DNA of 64,000 nucleotides from Hormiphora californensis (GCA_020137815.1 CM035353.1:8866001-8930000), one strand, 5' to 3'; shown: positions 34,631 to 49,173, counted from the stretch's first letter. Notes: a model not told the origin generated them from the letters alone. Made by a program: numbers and translations.

Positions 34631-37600
34631 GGTAGTATGGTAGTTAAGGTCGTGCGCACTTTTTGGCGCCATTTGGCGCCAAATTGGCGCCATTTTGGCG
34701 CCACGTGGCGCCACGTGGCGATATTTTAGCGCCAAATGGCGCCAAAATTTGGCGACTGCGCACAACCGCCAATTTGGCGCCAAAATGGCGCCAAGTTGGG
34801 TAGTCCCGCCATGGCGGTAGTCAATCGCCACATGGCGGTTGCAATCGCCATGTGGCGGTCGGGAGTGGCGCCATACCACGGAAGTGGCGCCATACATGCT
34901 CTGGCGGTACTTAGATGGCGGTGGAGTTTGGCGCCAGTTGTTGAATTTGGCGCTAACTTGTGGCGCCAACAAAAAAACCGATTTCTGGAGTGGCGCCACA
35001 CCACTGGAGTGGCGCCACATAAAAAAGTGGCGCCACTCAAAATATTTTGTAACGCCAACATATGGCACTGTTTGACTACCGCCACCGCCATCCTTATTGG
35101 CGCTAACGTATACTGGATGGCGCCAACATTTATGTGGCGCCACTCTTGTATGGCGCCATAAATGTTTGGTATCGAAGACACCTCACACTCAGGCCGCATC
35201 GCGGCCTTCGTTTGGTGCGCTTTGCGCGCCGGCAAGGGAGGGGTAACTTCGTTACCAACATAAATGTGGGCTTTTTACCGTTTTTTGCTAATTTTGAGCA
35301 CCTTTAAAGCCAAACAACGGCTAAACGGTTGAAGATGGAGCTTAAAAGTCCGACGTCGACCCCCCATAACTTGGCCATTGCCTACAAAATTGCACCAATG
35401 AAAAGTCTCTAAACAATTCCTACGTGGCTATGGAGGCGCATTGTCGCATTGTGCGCGTCTCAACACATAGTGTCTCACCTCCATAGCCATATAATAGCCT
35501 TAAACGGTTATGTTTAAACCTAATTATCCAATTATCTAATTAACCGGATGAGATAGAGACTTAATTTCAGCACCTACCCCCACTAATTCGAGAACGCTGA
35601 ACATTTCAGTGCCCCCGGTTGTGTCTCTACTCCTTTCCTAACATGGCTATATATAGCCATATGGCCAGCAAACGGCTATGTACAGGTCTAATTATCCAAT
35701 TATCCAATTAACCAGATGAGATAAAGACTTTATTCTGGCACCTACCCCCACTAATGCGAGGACACTGAACACTTTGGTGCCCTTAATTTTATCTCTACTC
35801 CTTTCCTAAGGGTAGATACAGCGTTTTTCTCCTTATGCTCAATTACCAATCAATTGGGCTCGGCAATGTCCATATGGCGCCACATGATCATGTGGCCCCA
35901 TTATCATGTGGCGCCATTAATGTGGCGCTAATGTGTGGCGCCGTTTGACTACCGCCACGACAACGGTTGACGCCACACACATACCACTTGCATACCGCCA
36001 GAGTTTTTAAAATGTGGCGCCACTCCAGTGGTGTGGCGCCACTCCAGAAATCGGTTTTTTTGTTAGCGCCATAAGTTGGCGCCATATTCAACAAATGGCG
36101 CCACACGCCACCGCCATCCAAGTACCGCCAGAGCATGTATGGCGCCACTCCCGTGGTGTGGCGCCACTCCCAACCGCCATATGGCGTGTTTGGCGCCAAA
36201 ATTTTGCCATGTGGCGATTGACTACCGCCATGGCGGGACTACCCAATTTGGCGCCAATTTGGCGCTAAGTTGGCGATTTGTATCTAATCGCCAATTTAGC
36301 GCCAAATTGGCGCCACTTGGCGCCATTTGGCGCCACTTGGCGATAGGAATTCCTCTGATGGACGTTATGAATATTTGGAATTTTAGGTACTATCGCCAAT
36401 TTGGCGCCAATTTGGCGCCACTTGGCGATGGACACAGTTTATTCAGACAAATTCGCATCGCCACGTGGCGGTACCGCCAAATACCGCCAACACTTGGCGA
36501 TTTACAATCGCCACGTGGCGCCACTTGGCGCCAAAAAATCGCCAACTTGGGGTAGTCCCGCCATGGCGGTAGTCAATCGCCACATGGCGGTTGCAATCGC
36601 CATGTGGCGGTCGGGAGTGGCGCCATACCACGGAAGTGGCGCCATACATGCTCTGGCGGTACTTAGATGGCGGTGGAGTTTGGCGCCAGTTGTTGAATTT
36701 GGCGCTAACTTGTGGCGCCAACAAAAAAACCGATTTCTGGAGTGGCGCCACACCACTGGAGTGGCGCCACATAAAAAAGTGGCGCCACTCAAAATATTTT
36801 GTAACGCCAACATATGGCACTGTTTGACTACCGCCACCGCCATCCTTATTGGCGCTAACGTATACTGGATGGCGCCAACATTTATGTGGCGCCACTCTTG
36901 TATGGCGCCATAAATGTGGGCTTTTTACCGTTTTTTGCTAATTTTGAGCACCTTTAAAGCCAAATAACGGCTAAACGGTTGAAGATGGAGCTTAAAAGTC
37001 ACATAGTGTCTCACCTCCATAGCCATATAATAGCCTTAAACGGTTATGTTTAATTCTAATTATCCAATTATCTAATTAACCGGATGAGATAGAGACTTAA
37101 TTTCAGCACCTACCCCCACTAACTCGAGAACGCTGAACATTTCAGTGCCCGCGGTTGTGTCTCTACTCCTTTCCTAACATGGCTATATATATAGCCATAT
37201 GGGCAGCAAACGGCTATGTGCAGGTCTAATTATCCAATTATCTAATTAACCAGATGAGATAAAGACTTTATTCTGGCACTTACCCCCACTAATGCGAGGA
37301 CACTGAACACTTTGGTGCCCTTAATTTTATCTCTACTCCTTTCCTAAGGGTAGATACAGCGTTTTTCTCCTTATGCTCAATTACCAATCAATTAGGGGCT
37401 AATTACACACCTTCCCCCAAATAATTGAGACTGACATTTTGGTTTTTTATGTTCAGGGGGCCTATACCTAGAATTTACAACCGGAATTGGCTTGCCGCTA
37501 GTGAGTTCTATGTCGAAACACGTTTTGACAGGCTTATGTAGGTGACACAGACAACTTCAAAAAATGCGCTCACGGAAGGGCTCATTCTCGGCAATGTCCA

Positions 37601-38119
37601 TATGGCGCCACATGATCATGTGGCGCCATTATCATGTGGCGCCATTAATGTGGCGCTAATGTGTGACGCCGTTTGACTACCGCCACGACAACGGTTGGCG
37701 CCACACACATACCACTTGCATACCGCCAGAGTTTTTAAAATGTGGCGCCACTCCAGTGGTGTGGCGCCACTCCAGAAATCGGTTTTTTTTGTTAGCGCCA
37801 TAAGTTGGCGCCATATTCAACAAATGGCGCCACACGCCACCGCCATCCAAGTACCGCCAGAGCATGTATGGCGCCACTCCCGTGGTGTGGCGCCACTCCC
37901 GACCGCCATATGGCGTGTTTGGCGCCAAAATTTTGCTATGTGGCGATTGACTACCGCCATGGCGGGACTACCCAACTTGGCGCCATTTTGGCGCCAAATT
38001 GGCGGTTGTGCGCAGTCGCCAAATTTTGGCGCTAAAATATCGCCACGTGGCGCCACGTGGCGCCAATTTGGCGCCAAATGGCGCCAAAAAGTGCGCACGA
38101 CCTTAACTACCATACTACC
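34631..38119. mobile_element. Foldback-type non-autonomous DNA transposon rich in TGGCGCCA
   Basis: Long TIRs starting GGTAGTATGGTAGTTAAGG, 8-bp TSD TAACTTTG, internal duplication of a ~1.7-kb unit. Confidence 0.88.
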
Positions 38120-38497
38120 TAACTTTGTTCATATTGTTTTTCTTTGGTTGCGGTTACCCCGTCCGGATCACCACTCCGGGACGGCTGGATCTCTCTAGAG
38201 TTAGCCAGGACAACATATAATAGGAGTTGAACTGAAGGACTCTGAGTGCATAATTTACCACTAGTTTGTTCCACTAAGCCTATAGAAGGCAGAGTGGTGC
38301 ATGCTCAGTGGTTCACTACACACTTTAGCCCACGTTTGCCACCGTACATAAAATACAGCCAGTCTTTTTAGGACTCGTGGTTAACCACCCCTAGGTGTTC
38401 TGTCATTACTCAGCATCGGACCTATGTGCCTCTTCCCCTATGACATGCAACAATCAATAAGGGGAAGATAAGAGGGACATAGTATGTATAGTATATA

Positions 38498-38703
38498 GAA
38501 AATGACTAAGGCGGTTCGTTATGCGTGTTACCGGTAGTTTCAGGAGCATAGCAAGCAGGAAACGCCAGTTACAAGCGATTCCATGCTTCTACTGTGTGCA
38601 GTCGGGTTGGTTTTAGTTGTTGGGACACATTAGGCCGACCAAATTTGCAAGAATAGCAGGAAAAATTGTGCGGCGGGTACCTTGAACCGCCTTAGTCATT
38701 TTC
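38498..38703. mobile_element. Small MITE
   Basis: TIR GAAAATGACTAAGGCGGTTC. Confidence 0.65.
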
Positions 38704-40524
38704 CAAGGATTTTAGACTACCCCGAACACGCAGCCACGCTTATCTCAGTTTTTTCCTATCTGCACTTAAGACATTCTGCAAATAGCTGTCTCATTTTTGC
38801 TTTAGACATATGAGGGACCTGGTTCCATAATGGTATATGTGCAGATGGGGGGGGGGGGCGTCACCTTTATTTTTGCCCATAGCCCATAATCCCAGCGAAT
38901 TTTGGTTTTACCCATATGGGCAAAAACGGGCAAAATGAAAATTTCAGTGTTTTTTGCCGTTATTTCAACTGTATAGCTTGATTTCAATTCTTTAAAATGA
39001 AAAAAAAACAGCCCTGATTTTGATAAAACTCGGTCAGAGTGGTCTAATTAGAAAATAATTGTTTAGTGGTCAAATCGTAAATTTGGATTCTTTAGGTTTT
39101 AGGCTTTTAGTTTTTTAGTTCAGGGTTTCAGAAACTTTAGGTTTTAGGCTTTTATTTTTTTAGTTTAGGGTTTTAGAAACGTCCTAGCACAATTTAAATA
39201 CAAGCATCATACTCAGCGTGAAATCCTGTGTTCTGACAAGAGGTTCGCCCGGTAGCGCTAAAACAGTGCTCGTTTGGGTTTTTAGGGATAACTCCTGTAC
39301 CTTACGTCATAGATAGGTTTATAGCCACTGTGATCGAAATAGAATTTCACGCCAAGTAAGATGCTTATGTTTATTTTGTTCTAGAACCCATGAAAGCCTA
39401 AAAACCTAAATAATCCTGAACTTAGGATTTGAGCACTAATTATTTTGACTTCTAATAAGACACCAAAGACCATTCTGACCGAGTTTTATCAAAATCAGGG
39501 CTGTTCACTTTCACTTAAAAGAATTGAAATGAAGCTATATAGTTGAAAAAACGACATATAACACTGAAAATGTCATTTTGCCCACGTTTGCCCACGTTTG
39601 CCAATTTTTGCCCAAAGTCCCACGATTTTTGAATATTCAGTTTTGCCCATATATGGGCAAATATGGGCAAAAGAAAAGGTGACCCCCCCCCCCCCCCCCC
39701 GTGCAGATATACCAAAATGGAGATACATAACAGTAGTATATATTATGCCAAAAACTAACAGAAATTAGTTGGCTGGAAAGGTGACTAATTTTGTTGGCAA
39801 ACTGACACCTTTGCCCTCTACGGGTTTCATCTTTATCTTTCCCTTTCTGATTTCTCTCTCTGTGGGTAGGGTAGCTGAGAGATGGAGTAGGCGAGGGGTA
39901 GGGTAGCTGAGAGATGGTGTAGATGAGGGGTAGGGTAGCTTAGAGATGGAGTAGATGAGGGGTACGGTAGCTGAGAGATCGAGTACATGAGGGGTAGGGT
40001 AGCTGAGAGATGGGGTAGATCAAGAGTAGGCTAGCTGAGAGATGGAGTAGATGCATCTGGTTCCTGAGATATGGCCCCCTAAAGAGTTGGTGTCTCAAAC
40101 TGCTGAATAGGGGTCACGCGAGGAGAATGGGCATCAGTTTGCGTGTACTGCTCCGTTTTTCATGGGACTTTTTGTGCTGTTGCACCTCCCCCGCGCCAAT
40201 ACAAGGGACTTTAACAAGGGGGAAGGCAAGAGTCTCAGCTATTGCATGGTATCCTTAAATTTTGTGCTAAATCTAAAATGACTGAGCAGCATGCTTGTTT
40301 ATTAACCTTGGCGTGTTTGCTCGTATCGCAAGCACGCTCGCGACTAGCAAACACGATATGCAGATCACACCCTGTTATAGAGTCATTTGACTACAAAGTT
40401 TGCTGAAAAAACCCGAAATTCCTCATCAAATAGCATTTTGCCCTACTGTGCACTGGTTTATAAATTGCGTCATAGCAGTGTTATGCTTGTCCCTTTACCG
40501 ATAACCTTATATCTTTGTTACTAG

Positions 40525-40609
40525 GAACAGATCAAGGTGAAAGGAGGAAGCACAGATCATGTTAAGACTGCCATCTCTGCTATCTCAAGCTTAAAAAAGG
40601 ATATTGCAG
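40525..40609 (+). CDS. Host gene B exon 7
   Basis: ttgttactag| ... CAG|gttagc, 85 nt, EQIKVKGGSTDHVKTAISAISSLKKDIA, phase 0 to 1. Confidence 0.62.
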
Positions 40610-41244
40610 GTTAGCTACTCATAATATAAGCACTGATCTGTTATTTTGCAATAAGATGGAGGAGTCAGCGGGGGAGGGGTCAAGATAAATGGTTCGGACG
40701 TATATTAAAAATTGCAGAATTGGCACCAGTGAAAAGTCTTTAAACCATTCCTAATATAAGTGGCTATAGCCATCTAGCCAAATACGGTTATGTGCATATT
40801 TAATTATCCAATTATTTAATTAACCACATGAGATAGAGACTTAATTCCAGCACCTTCCCCCACTAATGCGAGGACGCTACACACTCTAATGCATCGATTT
40901 TTGCCTACTCGTCTCTTAAAGGTTGACAAGATACCTAAAACTTTTCGTATATCGTCTTATTTTGATTTATCATTAATTTTCAGCATTTTTTCAGAATTTT
41001 TTGTCGGCTAGAAAGAAATTCGAAATAGGGGGTCTACCGATATTGTCAGCACTGGTTTTACTGGGCATACTCACTGCGTCAACCTTTAAACTTTAAAGTG
41101 AGAGTGGACCGGATCAGAATTGGACAAGTTTATTGTAGGTATTAGAGATTAACTTTCTGAGCATTTTGCATTTTTGCCGCTCAAAATCGACCCACCCATC
41201 ACTGAGATATCTTAGTTATGTTGGGAAAATTCCTGCTGGATCAA

Positions 41245-42453
41245 TCATACTATTATTAAAGCAAATAGGGAAATGATGTGTCCCGTTTTTTAACCAAACT
41301 AGAGAGCCCAGGAAAAAGAACAAAAAACTCTCACACTCTATTGAGTCCTCTCAATCCCGATCTCTGGCTCATGCCTACTTTGCTCCCTACGGCGCCGCTT
41401 CGCGGCACCTCCGGTCGCGAGATCATACTCCACCCCCTGTTGACTACCCTCAGTCCTCACCCCTCTTAATTCTTATCCCTATTGATTCTCCTCGGCCCCT
41501 ATTGAATCATATCTTCCCCTATTCACTCCATCTCACCCTCAATTCAATCCCCTAATGCCATAATGAATACTCCCCTCACCCCTCTATCAAAATGTGATCT
41601 GAAGCAGTTCAGAACCCCACATTTTCCTTCATTTTTCACCATTTTCGCCATAACTCTGTCATTTCTCAACCAATTTCAAAATACCAAGGCTCATTAGAAA
41701 GATAATCTCAAGCTCTTTCAAATTAGCTATTATCCCCCAAATTTATAAAACCTTTACACACGCACGTGCACTCCCCAAGCCCCACCAACCACCCCTAACA
41801 ACATGCCAACTTTCCACGTGCAAACTCTAAAAACCCCCCCAAAAACCAATTGTCTTGCAACCATCTCTGCTTTATAATATAGATATGGCAAATAGTGTTC
41901 CTATTTCCTGGAAATTTCTGGAAATGGCCTTTTGCACGTGTTGTCCCTAGAGGGACCCTGGCAACCTGCCAGCTTGAGCCTTAAACTGCACGTGCATCCT
42001 TGATTCATCTCTCTGCCGGTTGTGTGATTGATCGTTTGCTCGATTTGATCTGTTCACCACGTTTCGTGAACATGACTACTCAACTTCAACACAATCGCCA
42101 GCGAGTTTGGAGGAGCCATATGTCGCAAACTGGTGCTGACCCCTATAGACTACGTGATAGAACCCTACAAAAGAGGTGATAATTATTCAAAAAATGTTGT
42201 CAACACACGTAATCAATGGCACTAATAAGAAATGACAGTAATACGTGAAAGTATTTTGCAAATGCAAATGTGCTCCTTCATAAAATACTTCAGGACTTGG
42301 CAAAAGAGGACCCGTGGTTTTTCTGTCGAAAGAATCCCTGTGGTCAATTTACTGATTTAAACAATTTTAAATGAAACTACACTATTTGCTTAGTTTACTG
42401 TATGACCATTGACCATCCCCGACATTCGCCCGTAGGGCGAGCGGGCTTACTAG
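41245..42453 (+). mobile_element. Non-autonomous Helitron
   Basis: A|TC...hairpin-CTAG|T with no TSD; the empty site atcaa^tat is visible in the uninterrupted copy near 26220. Confidence 0.85.
41299..41883 (-). mobile_element. Non-autonomous Helitron nested in the Helitron above
   Basis: Minus strand A|TCTATATTATAAAGCAGAG ... CTCTCTAG|T; homologous to 16319-16910. Confidence 0.82.
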
Positions 42454-43985
42454 TATATATCAAACAGGATAGAAACAATCCTTGTGTTTTACTAACACAT
42501 TCTTTAAATTTTTAATATGCTGGCTTGCATTGCCCTGCTTCTGTGCATGGAAATGTCAACCTCACTGCTTATATTCAGAATGTGTTAGTAAAACACCACG
42601 ATTGTTTCTATTCTGCTTTATACATACTGATTAAACAGGAGTTCTCCCAACATAACAAAAATATCTCAGTGATGGGTTGGTCGATTTTGAGCGGCAAAAA
42701 CGCAAAATGCTCAGAAAGCTAATCTCTACTACCTACAACAAATTTGTTCGATTCTGATTCGGTTCACTCTCACTTTAAGATGGTTTTTGGTATTTCGTGC
42801 CAGGCTAGAAATACAGGCGAAAAGGGCGTGGCCCGGAAACCCAACTTCCACACATCGGAGCGTGCGTCATTATTTTTTGGTGATTCTGGGGACCTATCTG
42901 AGCACTTTGGCGGTGGAAAACAAAACTTACAAATTGGTTCCCAAATCATCCTATTTTGGCATAATTGCCCTATTATATTAACGGATGAGTGGTTCTCAAA
43001 TGAAGGGGCAAAAATTGGCCCAAATTTTACGCGAATTAATGAAGAAAACGCTAATTTCAGGGAATCAAAGTAACCTCAGATAGTTTCCAAGTCATTGGGT
43101 GTAGACTGTAGAGCCATTGGGTATTATAGAGCTGGACCCGATGCCGCAAGTGACTTTTTTATACCCCAGGACCCCCTCTGGGATTAATCCTCACAAATTT
43201 CTTTTTGATACAGGCAAAGTACACAAGTCACCTTCGTTGCGGCGTCAAATACAACAACACGCCCAGAGGCCAAAGATTGCATCTGCTCATACGGTTGGCG
43301 GAAGTAATAAACCAAAGGGCTATAATCAAAACCGATATCATCGACCTGTCATCATACCGGTCATTGACTTGTCTCAGGTTTGTTCATGATATATGATCGT
43401 CCAGAAAAACTGGGGGGCATGCCGCAAAAATCTCAGCTACTCTATTTTTTCCCTGCCCGGGTGGATGCCCGATCGTTTTAGCACGTGTGCTAAAAAGATC
43501 ATAAAGGGTTTAGAAATCTCGGATTTGAAATAGTAACTCGAGCGTGGTCAAAATCGCGTGTGTCACGGTAGCAGCCTGACAACCGCGATGCTGACAATTT
43601 TGAAAAGTTCGTCCGCAAAGTTATTTCACTACGGATTGTGGTGGCGCGCGCTCAAAATTTGCCTGCGCGCGGCGCCCTCAATGCAGTGTATGTATATTGT
43701 ATACACACCTCGCGTGTGTGTTACAGCATAGCGGTGCTATACTATTAGCGATCGAATGGATTTAACTTCTTTAAACTTAAAGGCGTTGAAAGCTCAGCTC
43801 GTTAGTATGGCGACTGAGCCCCGATCGAATTTTGGTCCTATCTATAGTATTAAACTGGCAGCATCCTGATCTAAAATAAGCAGAATTTTCAGTATTTTAG
43901 TCCGCCAATGTGCTGAAAATTCCTCTCAATCATATCAGATACACATGCAGAGAGATTCTTATTCTTGCAGTACTGCAGCAGTGTG

Positions 43986-44026
<41 letters not shown>

Positions 44027-44126
44027 GAGAGGGGAGGGAGATGGAGAATATGTGTTGGTTGGCGCCAGTTGTGCGTAGTGCACCGACAACAGTCTAGAGG
44101 GGGAAAGGGGGAGATTAGAGAGATTC

Positions 44127-47100
44127 ATCATAGCACTGGCAAGTGCCCCGGGCCCAAAAGGGGGGTGTGGGGGCGCAGCCCCCACCCTAAACGGGGGTGT
44201 GGGGGCAGAGCCCCCACCTTAGAAATACCCTCTAACTCAAAAAATAAAAGAGAGAGCACACGGAATCATAGCACTGGCAAGTGCCCCGGGCCCAAAAGGG
44301 GGGTGTGGGGGCGCAGCCCCCACCTTAAACGGGGGTGTGGGGGCAGAGCCCCCACCTTAGAAATACCCTCTAACTCAAAAAATAAAAGAGAGAGCACACG
44401 GAACACTTCTACACACAAGCGCGTTAACCTGCCAGTGCTACTATATACCATTGCAAATTTCGGGGTTTTTGATGCTTTAAAAATGCATGTTCCAGATGAA
44501 GTAGAGGGATGAAATTTTGTACTCTAAGGGCCCTCATATAGGAGAAGAGGCATACAAAATTTCAGAATGATCGGATGTAAGGTAAAAATTTGCCAGAGGG
44601 GTCCCAAAATGCAAAAATGTAAGGGAGGGGACGGGAGGGGAGGGGAGGAGATTGAGTGTTCTCCTAAACCAGAAATAGTAGAGACTTGCCGTTTGGAACA
44701 TTGGTTCCTTGCATTATTTGGCGTGGTATAGGCTATGTGAAAACTTCGAAATCGCCATAGTTCATTAATTATTCATTAATTATTCATTAATTATTCATTT
44801 TAATAACTTAATTGCATTATATCTCCACTTCGGCTCGTCCTAAAACGTTTTCATGGGTATATTCCGACTCAAAATAGTCGATTTATGGGGGGTCGTTCCC
44901 CGGACAAAAATTCGTATCTCGCACCGTTTAGCCGTTATTTGCATATTTATGCTCTAATTCATGATTTTATGCATAACCGTTGTAATGTTCACTTCGGCTG
45001 ACCCTAGAACGTTTTCTTGGGTATATTCCGACTCAAAATAGTCGATTTATGGGGGGTCGTTCCCCGGACAAAAATTCGTATCTCGCACCGTTTAGCCGTT
45101 ATTTGCATATTTATGCTCTAATTCATGATTTTATGCATAACCGTTGTAATGTTCACTTCGGCTGACCCTAGAACGTTTTCTTGGGTATATTCCGACTCAA
45201 AATAGTCGATTTATGGGGGGTCGTCCCCCGGACAAAAATTCGTATCTCGCACCGTTTAGCCGTTATTTGCATATTTATGCTCAAATTTATGCATATTCTT
45301 TAAAATTTCCACTTCGGCTGACCCTAGAACGTTTTCTTGGGTATGTTCCGACTCAAAATAGTCGATTTGTGGGGGGTCGTCCCCCGGACAAAAATTCGTA
45401 TCTCGCACCGTTTAGCCGTTATTTGCATATTTATGCTCAAATTCATGATTTTATGCATACCCTTTAAAATTTCCACTTCGGCTGACCCTAAAACGTTTTC
45501 TTGGGTATATTCCGACTCAAAATAGTCTATTTATTACACCAAAAAGAACAGAAATTTGCATATTTATGCTCAAATTCATGATTTTATGCATACCCTTTAA
45601 AATTTCCACTTCGGCTGACCCTAAAACGTTTTCTTGGGTATATTCCGACTCAAAATAGTCGATTTATTACACCAAAAAGAACAGAAATTTAGTCCAAAAA
45701 CCAATTAAATAAATTAGTTTGGATGCCCGGGCCCATTTGGTGTCACGGGGGTAAAACCTTTAGGCTACTGTCATAAATGATGAATATCGAGAGAGATAAA
45801 GAAAAACAAATTGTGATATAAAGAGTGAGATATATCGAGAAAGACGGAGAGATAGTAAGAGAAATATAAATAAAAGAGAGAAAAAAAAGAGAAAGAGGGA
45901 AATATGGAGGTGGAGAGTGGGAGAAAGAGGAAAAGAGGGAGAAAGAGATAGAGGGATGGAGAGAAAGAGAAAAGAAAAACGAGAGATGTGTATTGAAAAA
46001 TAAACGAGATATGCCATTATTTATGACAGTAGCCTAAAGGTTTTACCCCCGTGACACCAAATGGGCCCGGGCATCCAAACTAATTTATTTAATTGGTTTT
46101 TGGACTAAATACTTCTACACACAAGCGCGTTAACCTGCCAGTGCTACTATATACCATTGCAAATTTCGGGGTTTTTGATGCTTTAAAAATGCATGTTCCA
46201 GATGAAGTAGAGGGATGAAATTTTGTACTCTGAGGGCCCTCATATAGGAGAAGAGGCATACAAAATTTCAGAATGATCGGATGTAAGGTAAAAATTTGCC
46301 AGAGGGGTCCCAAAATGCAAAAATGTAAGGGAGGGGACGGGAGGGGAGGGGAGGAGATTGAGTGTTCTCCTAAACCAGAAATAGTAGAGACTTGCCGTTT
46401 GGAACATTGGTTCCTTGCATTATTTGGCGTGGTATAGGCTATGTGAAAACTTCGAAATCGCCATAGTTCATTAATTATTCATTAATTATTCATTAATTAT
46501 TCATTTTAATAACTTAATTGCGTTATATCTCCACTTTGGCTCGTCCTAAAACGTTTTCATGGGTATATTCCGACTCAAAATAGTCAATTTATGGGGGGTC
46601 GTCCCCCGGACAAAAATTCGTATCTCGCACCGTTTAGCCGTTATTTGCATATTTATGCTCAAATTCATGATTTTATGCATACCCGTTAAAATGTCCACTT
46701 CGGCTGACCCTAGAACGTTTTCTTGGGTATATTCCGACTCAAAATAGTCGATTTATGGGGGGTCGTCCCCCCGACAAAAATTCGTATCTCCCACCGTTTA
46801 GCCGTTATTTGCATATTTATGCTCAAATTTATGCATATTCTTTAAAATTTCCACTTCGGCTGACCCTAGAACGTTTTCTTGAGTATATTCAGACTCAAAA
46901 TAGTCGATTTGTGGGGGGTCGTCCCCCGAACAAAAATTCTTATCTCGCACCGTTTAGTCGTTATTTGCATATTTATGCTCAAATTCATGATTTTATGCAT
47001 ACCCTTTAAAATTTCCACTTCGGCTGACCCTAAAACGTTTTCTTGGGTATTATATTCCGACTCAAAATAGTCGATTTATGGGGGTCTTCCCCCAGACAAA

Positions 47101-47635
47101 AGTTCGTAACTCCCACCGTTTAGCCGTTATATGCATATTTATGTAGCATTCAGATCCCAAAATAAAATCAGGAAAAAAGTTGTCTCTTTTTTACACCAAA
47201 AAGAACAGAAATTTAGTCCAAAAACCAATTAAATAAATTAGTTTGGATGCCCGGGCCCATTTGGTGTCACGGGGGTAAAACCTTTAGGCTACTGTCATAA
47301 ATGATGAATATCGAGAGAGATAAAGAAAAACAAATTGTGATATAAAGAGTGAGATATATCGAGAAAGACGGAGAAATAGTAAGAGAAATATAAATAAAAG
47401 AGAGAAAAAAAAAGAGAAAGAGGGAAATATGGAGGTGGAGAGTGGGAGAAAGAGGAAAAGAGGGGGAAAGAGATAGAGGGAGGGAGAGAAAGAGAAAAGA
47501 AAAACGAGAGATGTGTATTGAAAAATATACGAGATATGCCATTATTTATGACAGTAGCCTAAAGGTTTTACCCCCGTGACACCAAATGGGCCCGGGCATC
47601 CAAACTAATTTATTTAATTGGTTTTTGGACTAAAT
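44127..47635 (+). mobile_element. Tandem dimer of a ~1.55-kb non-coding repeat (possibly Helitron/Helentron-derived)
   Basis: Duplicated ~140-bp head, ~120-bp subrepeats, terminal ~90-bp IR around a purine-rich spacer; second unit starts at ~46110. Confidence 0.75.
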
Positions 47636-49173
47636 ACATTACCATTGCAATTGAATTGGCTCTCTCTCTCTCTCTCTTTTTCAGCGCGACCAGTTCAACC
47701 AATCTGCTGAAAATCGTGCTGAAAACTGTTGTCGGTGCATTACACAAAACTGAAACATTCCCCAGCATATTCTGTCTCTCTGTCACACACAACCAGCACA
47801 TAATATCCCCAGATATCTCTCTCTCTCACTCTTCAGTCTTTCACATTCACTGCACCACCTATATTTTCAGCAGAATTTTCAGCACATAATATGTAGATGA
47901 AATTTTTTAATTGTAAAAATCAGCATTCTCGTTAAAAAAAATCAGCATCCTGGGAGACATTTCTTTCCAATTGGTTGGCAAATTTTGAATTTTCGAACGG
48001 GGCGACTGAGGGAACGTGAGAAGTTTCCCATGTATAGCTTAGTGTCACATAACATTGTAATTAGGCGTTGGCGAACGACGATCAGATCACATTGCATGGT
48101 ATCGTCTGGAGTATTCGTTGGCAGGGAAACACAGCATTATGAAACATAATGCAATAATAATTCTTGTTGTCCGATGAGATTTTTAAGATTTTGGGAAGAT
48201 TTTCTCAATTACGTTTTTGTGGTAAATTGGCACAATTTGGCTGCTAACACTCTTTCGTCATATTTTTTAGCTTAAAAGCGAATCATAATATTAATTTCGT
48301 AACTAAATTAGGTAAATCTCATGTTTTAGCTTCATATTAACTTTTGTATTAATAGAACACAGGGAAAATTTCTATTCAGAATTTCGATTGTTGGTTAAAA
48401 ACACAAGGATAAACCCGGGTTTATTGATTATGTATATTATCGAATTCTGAGCAAGAATTAAATAGGGAAGAAAATAAAAAATACTGGGTTTGACCTTGAA
48501 TTGATCCAGGGACCTCCATAGAGACATGCTCGGAGCTATACCACTAAGCTATCAAAAAATGAATTTTGAGCTACAGAGGTCTGAAAGTTTGGTCAAGTTA
48601 TTTCTTTGTCTCATAGAGTTTCTGTACCAAATTTTAGCGCTCCGCGATACCTGAAACTATGGTATAGTTTTGGTTATGGAGTCACCCCTTTTATTGCATA
48701 CAGGGGTTACAATAACGCCCACCCTAAAATGGCCATTTTCAACATATTCTCATGACAAAAAATCAAAAACATTTCTAAAACCTCGCATTTTGTGGATTGT
48801 TTTTGATTAGACTATAGCTTAGTTATCACTGAATCCACCTCTAATACCTTAGGAATGGCATTTTGCACATTCCTGAAACTTTTTGTAGCCAAATTCCGCC
48901 ATATTCAAAGTTTTCCAAACACAAAAGCAGTGTTAATTGCCAGAAAATCGAAAAATTCCGGTATGTAATGGTAGCTCAGACAATTTCCTCGGTATGTTCA
49001 AAAAAATTAGAACTTTCTGTTTTGTGGTTTGGACGCTGGAATTTTTTTTCCTGTTGCAAGGGCGTTATTATTACCCCTCCATGAGCAATAATAACAGAGG
49101 GGTAATTTCATTACCAAGGTATAGTTGGGGATATTTTTATTGCCTACTACCTAAACTTAAAGGAAGAGTGTAC

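Larger units (their letters stand above)
33645..38478 (-). mobile_element. Internally deleted RTE-clade LINE interrupted by a DNA transposon
   Basis: TSD ATAGTATGT (33636-33644, 38479-38487); (GTAA)n tail; RT C-terminal half at 33661-34630. Confidence 0.72.
41097..42774. mobile_element. TTAA MITE (26128 family) containing two nested Helitrons
   Basis: Same TIRs and TTAA flanks as 26128-26541; interrupted at 41244/42454. Confidence 0.82.

Noticed and set aside
34613-38198. Many 100-176 aa ORFs rich in WRH/MAP/GAT
   Set aside because: Translations of TGGCGCCA repeats, open in several frames on both strands
38130-38478. HDV-like ribozyme in the RTE leader
   Set aside because: A GGCTAA is present but I could not pair P1/P3/P1.1
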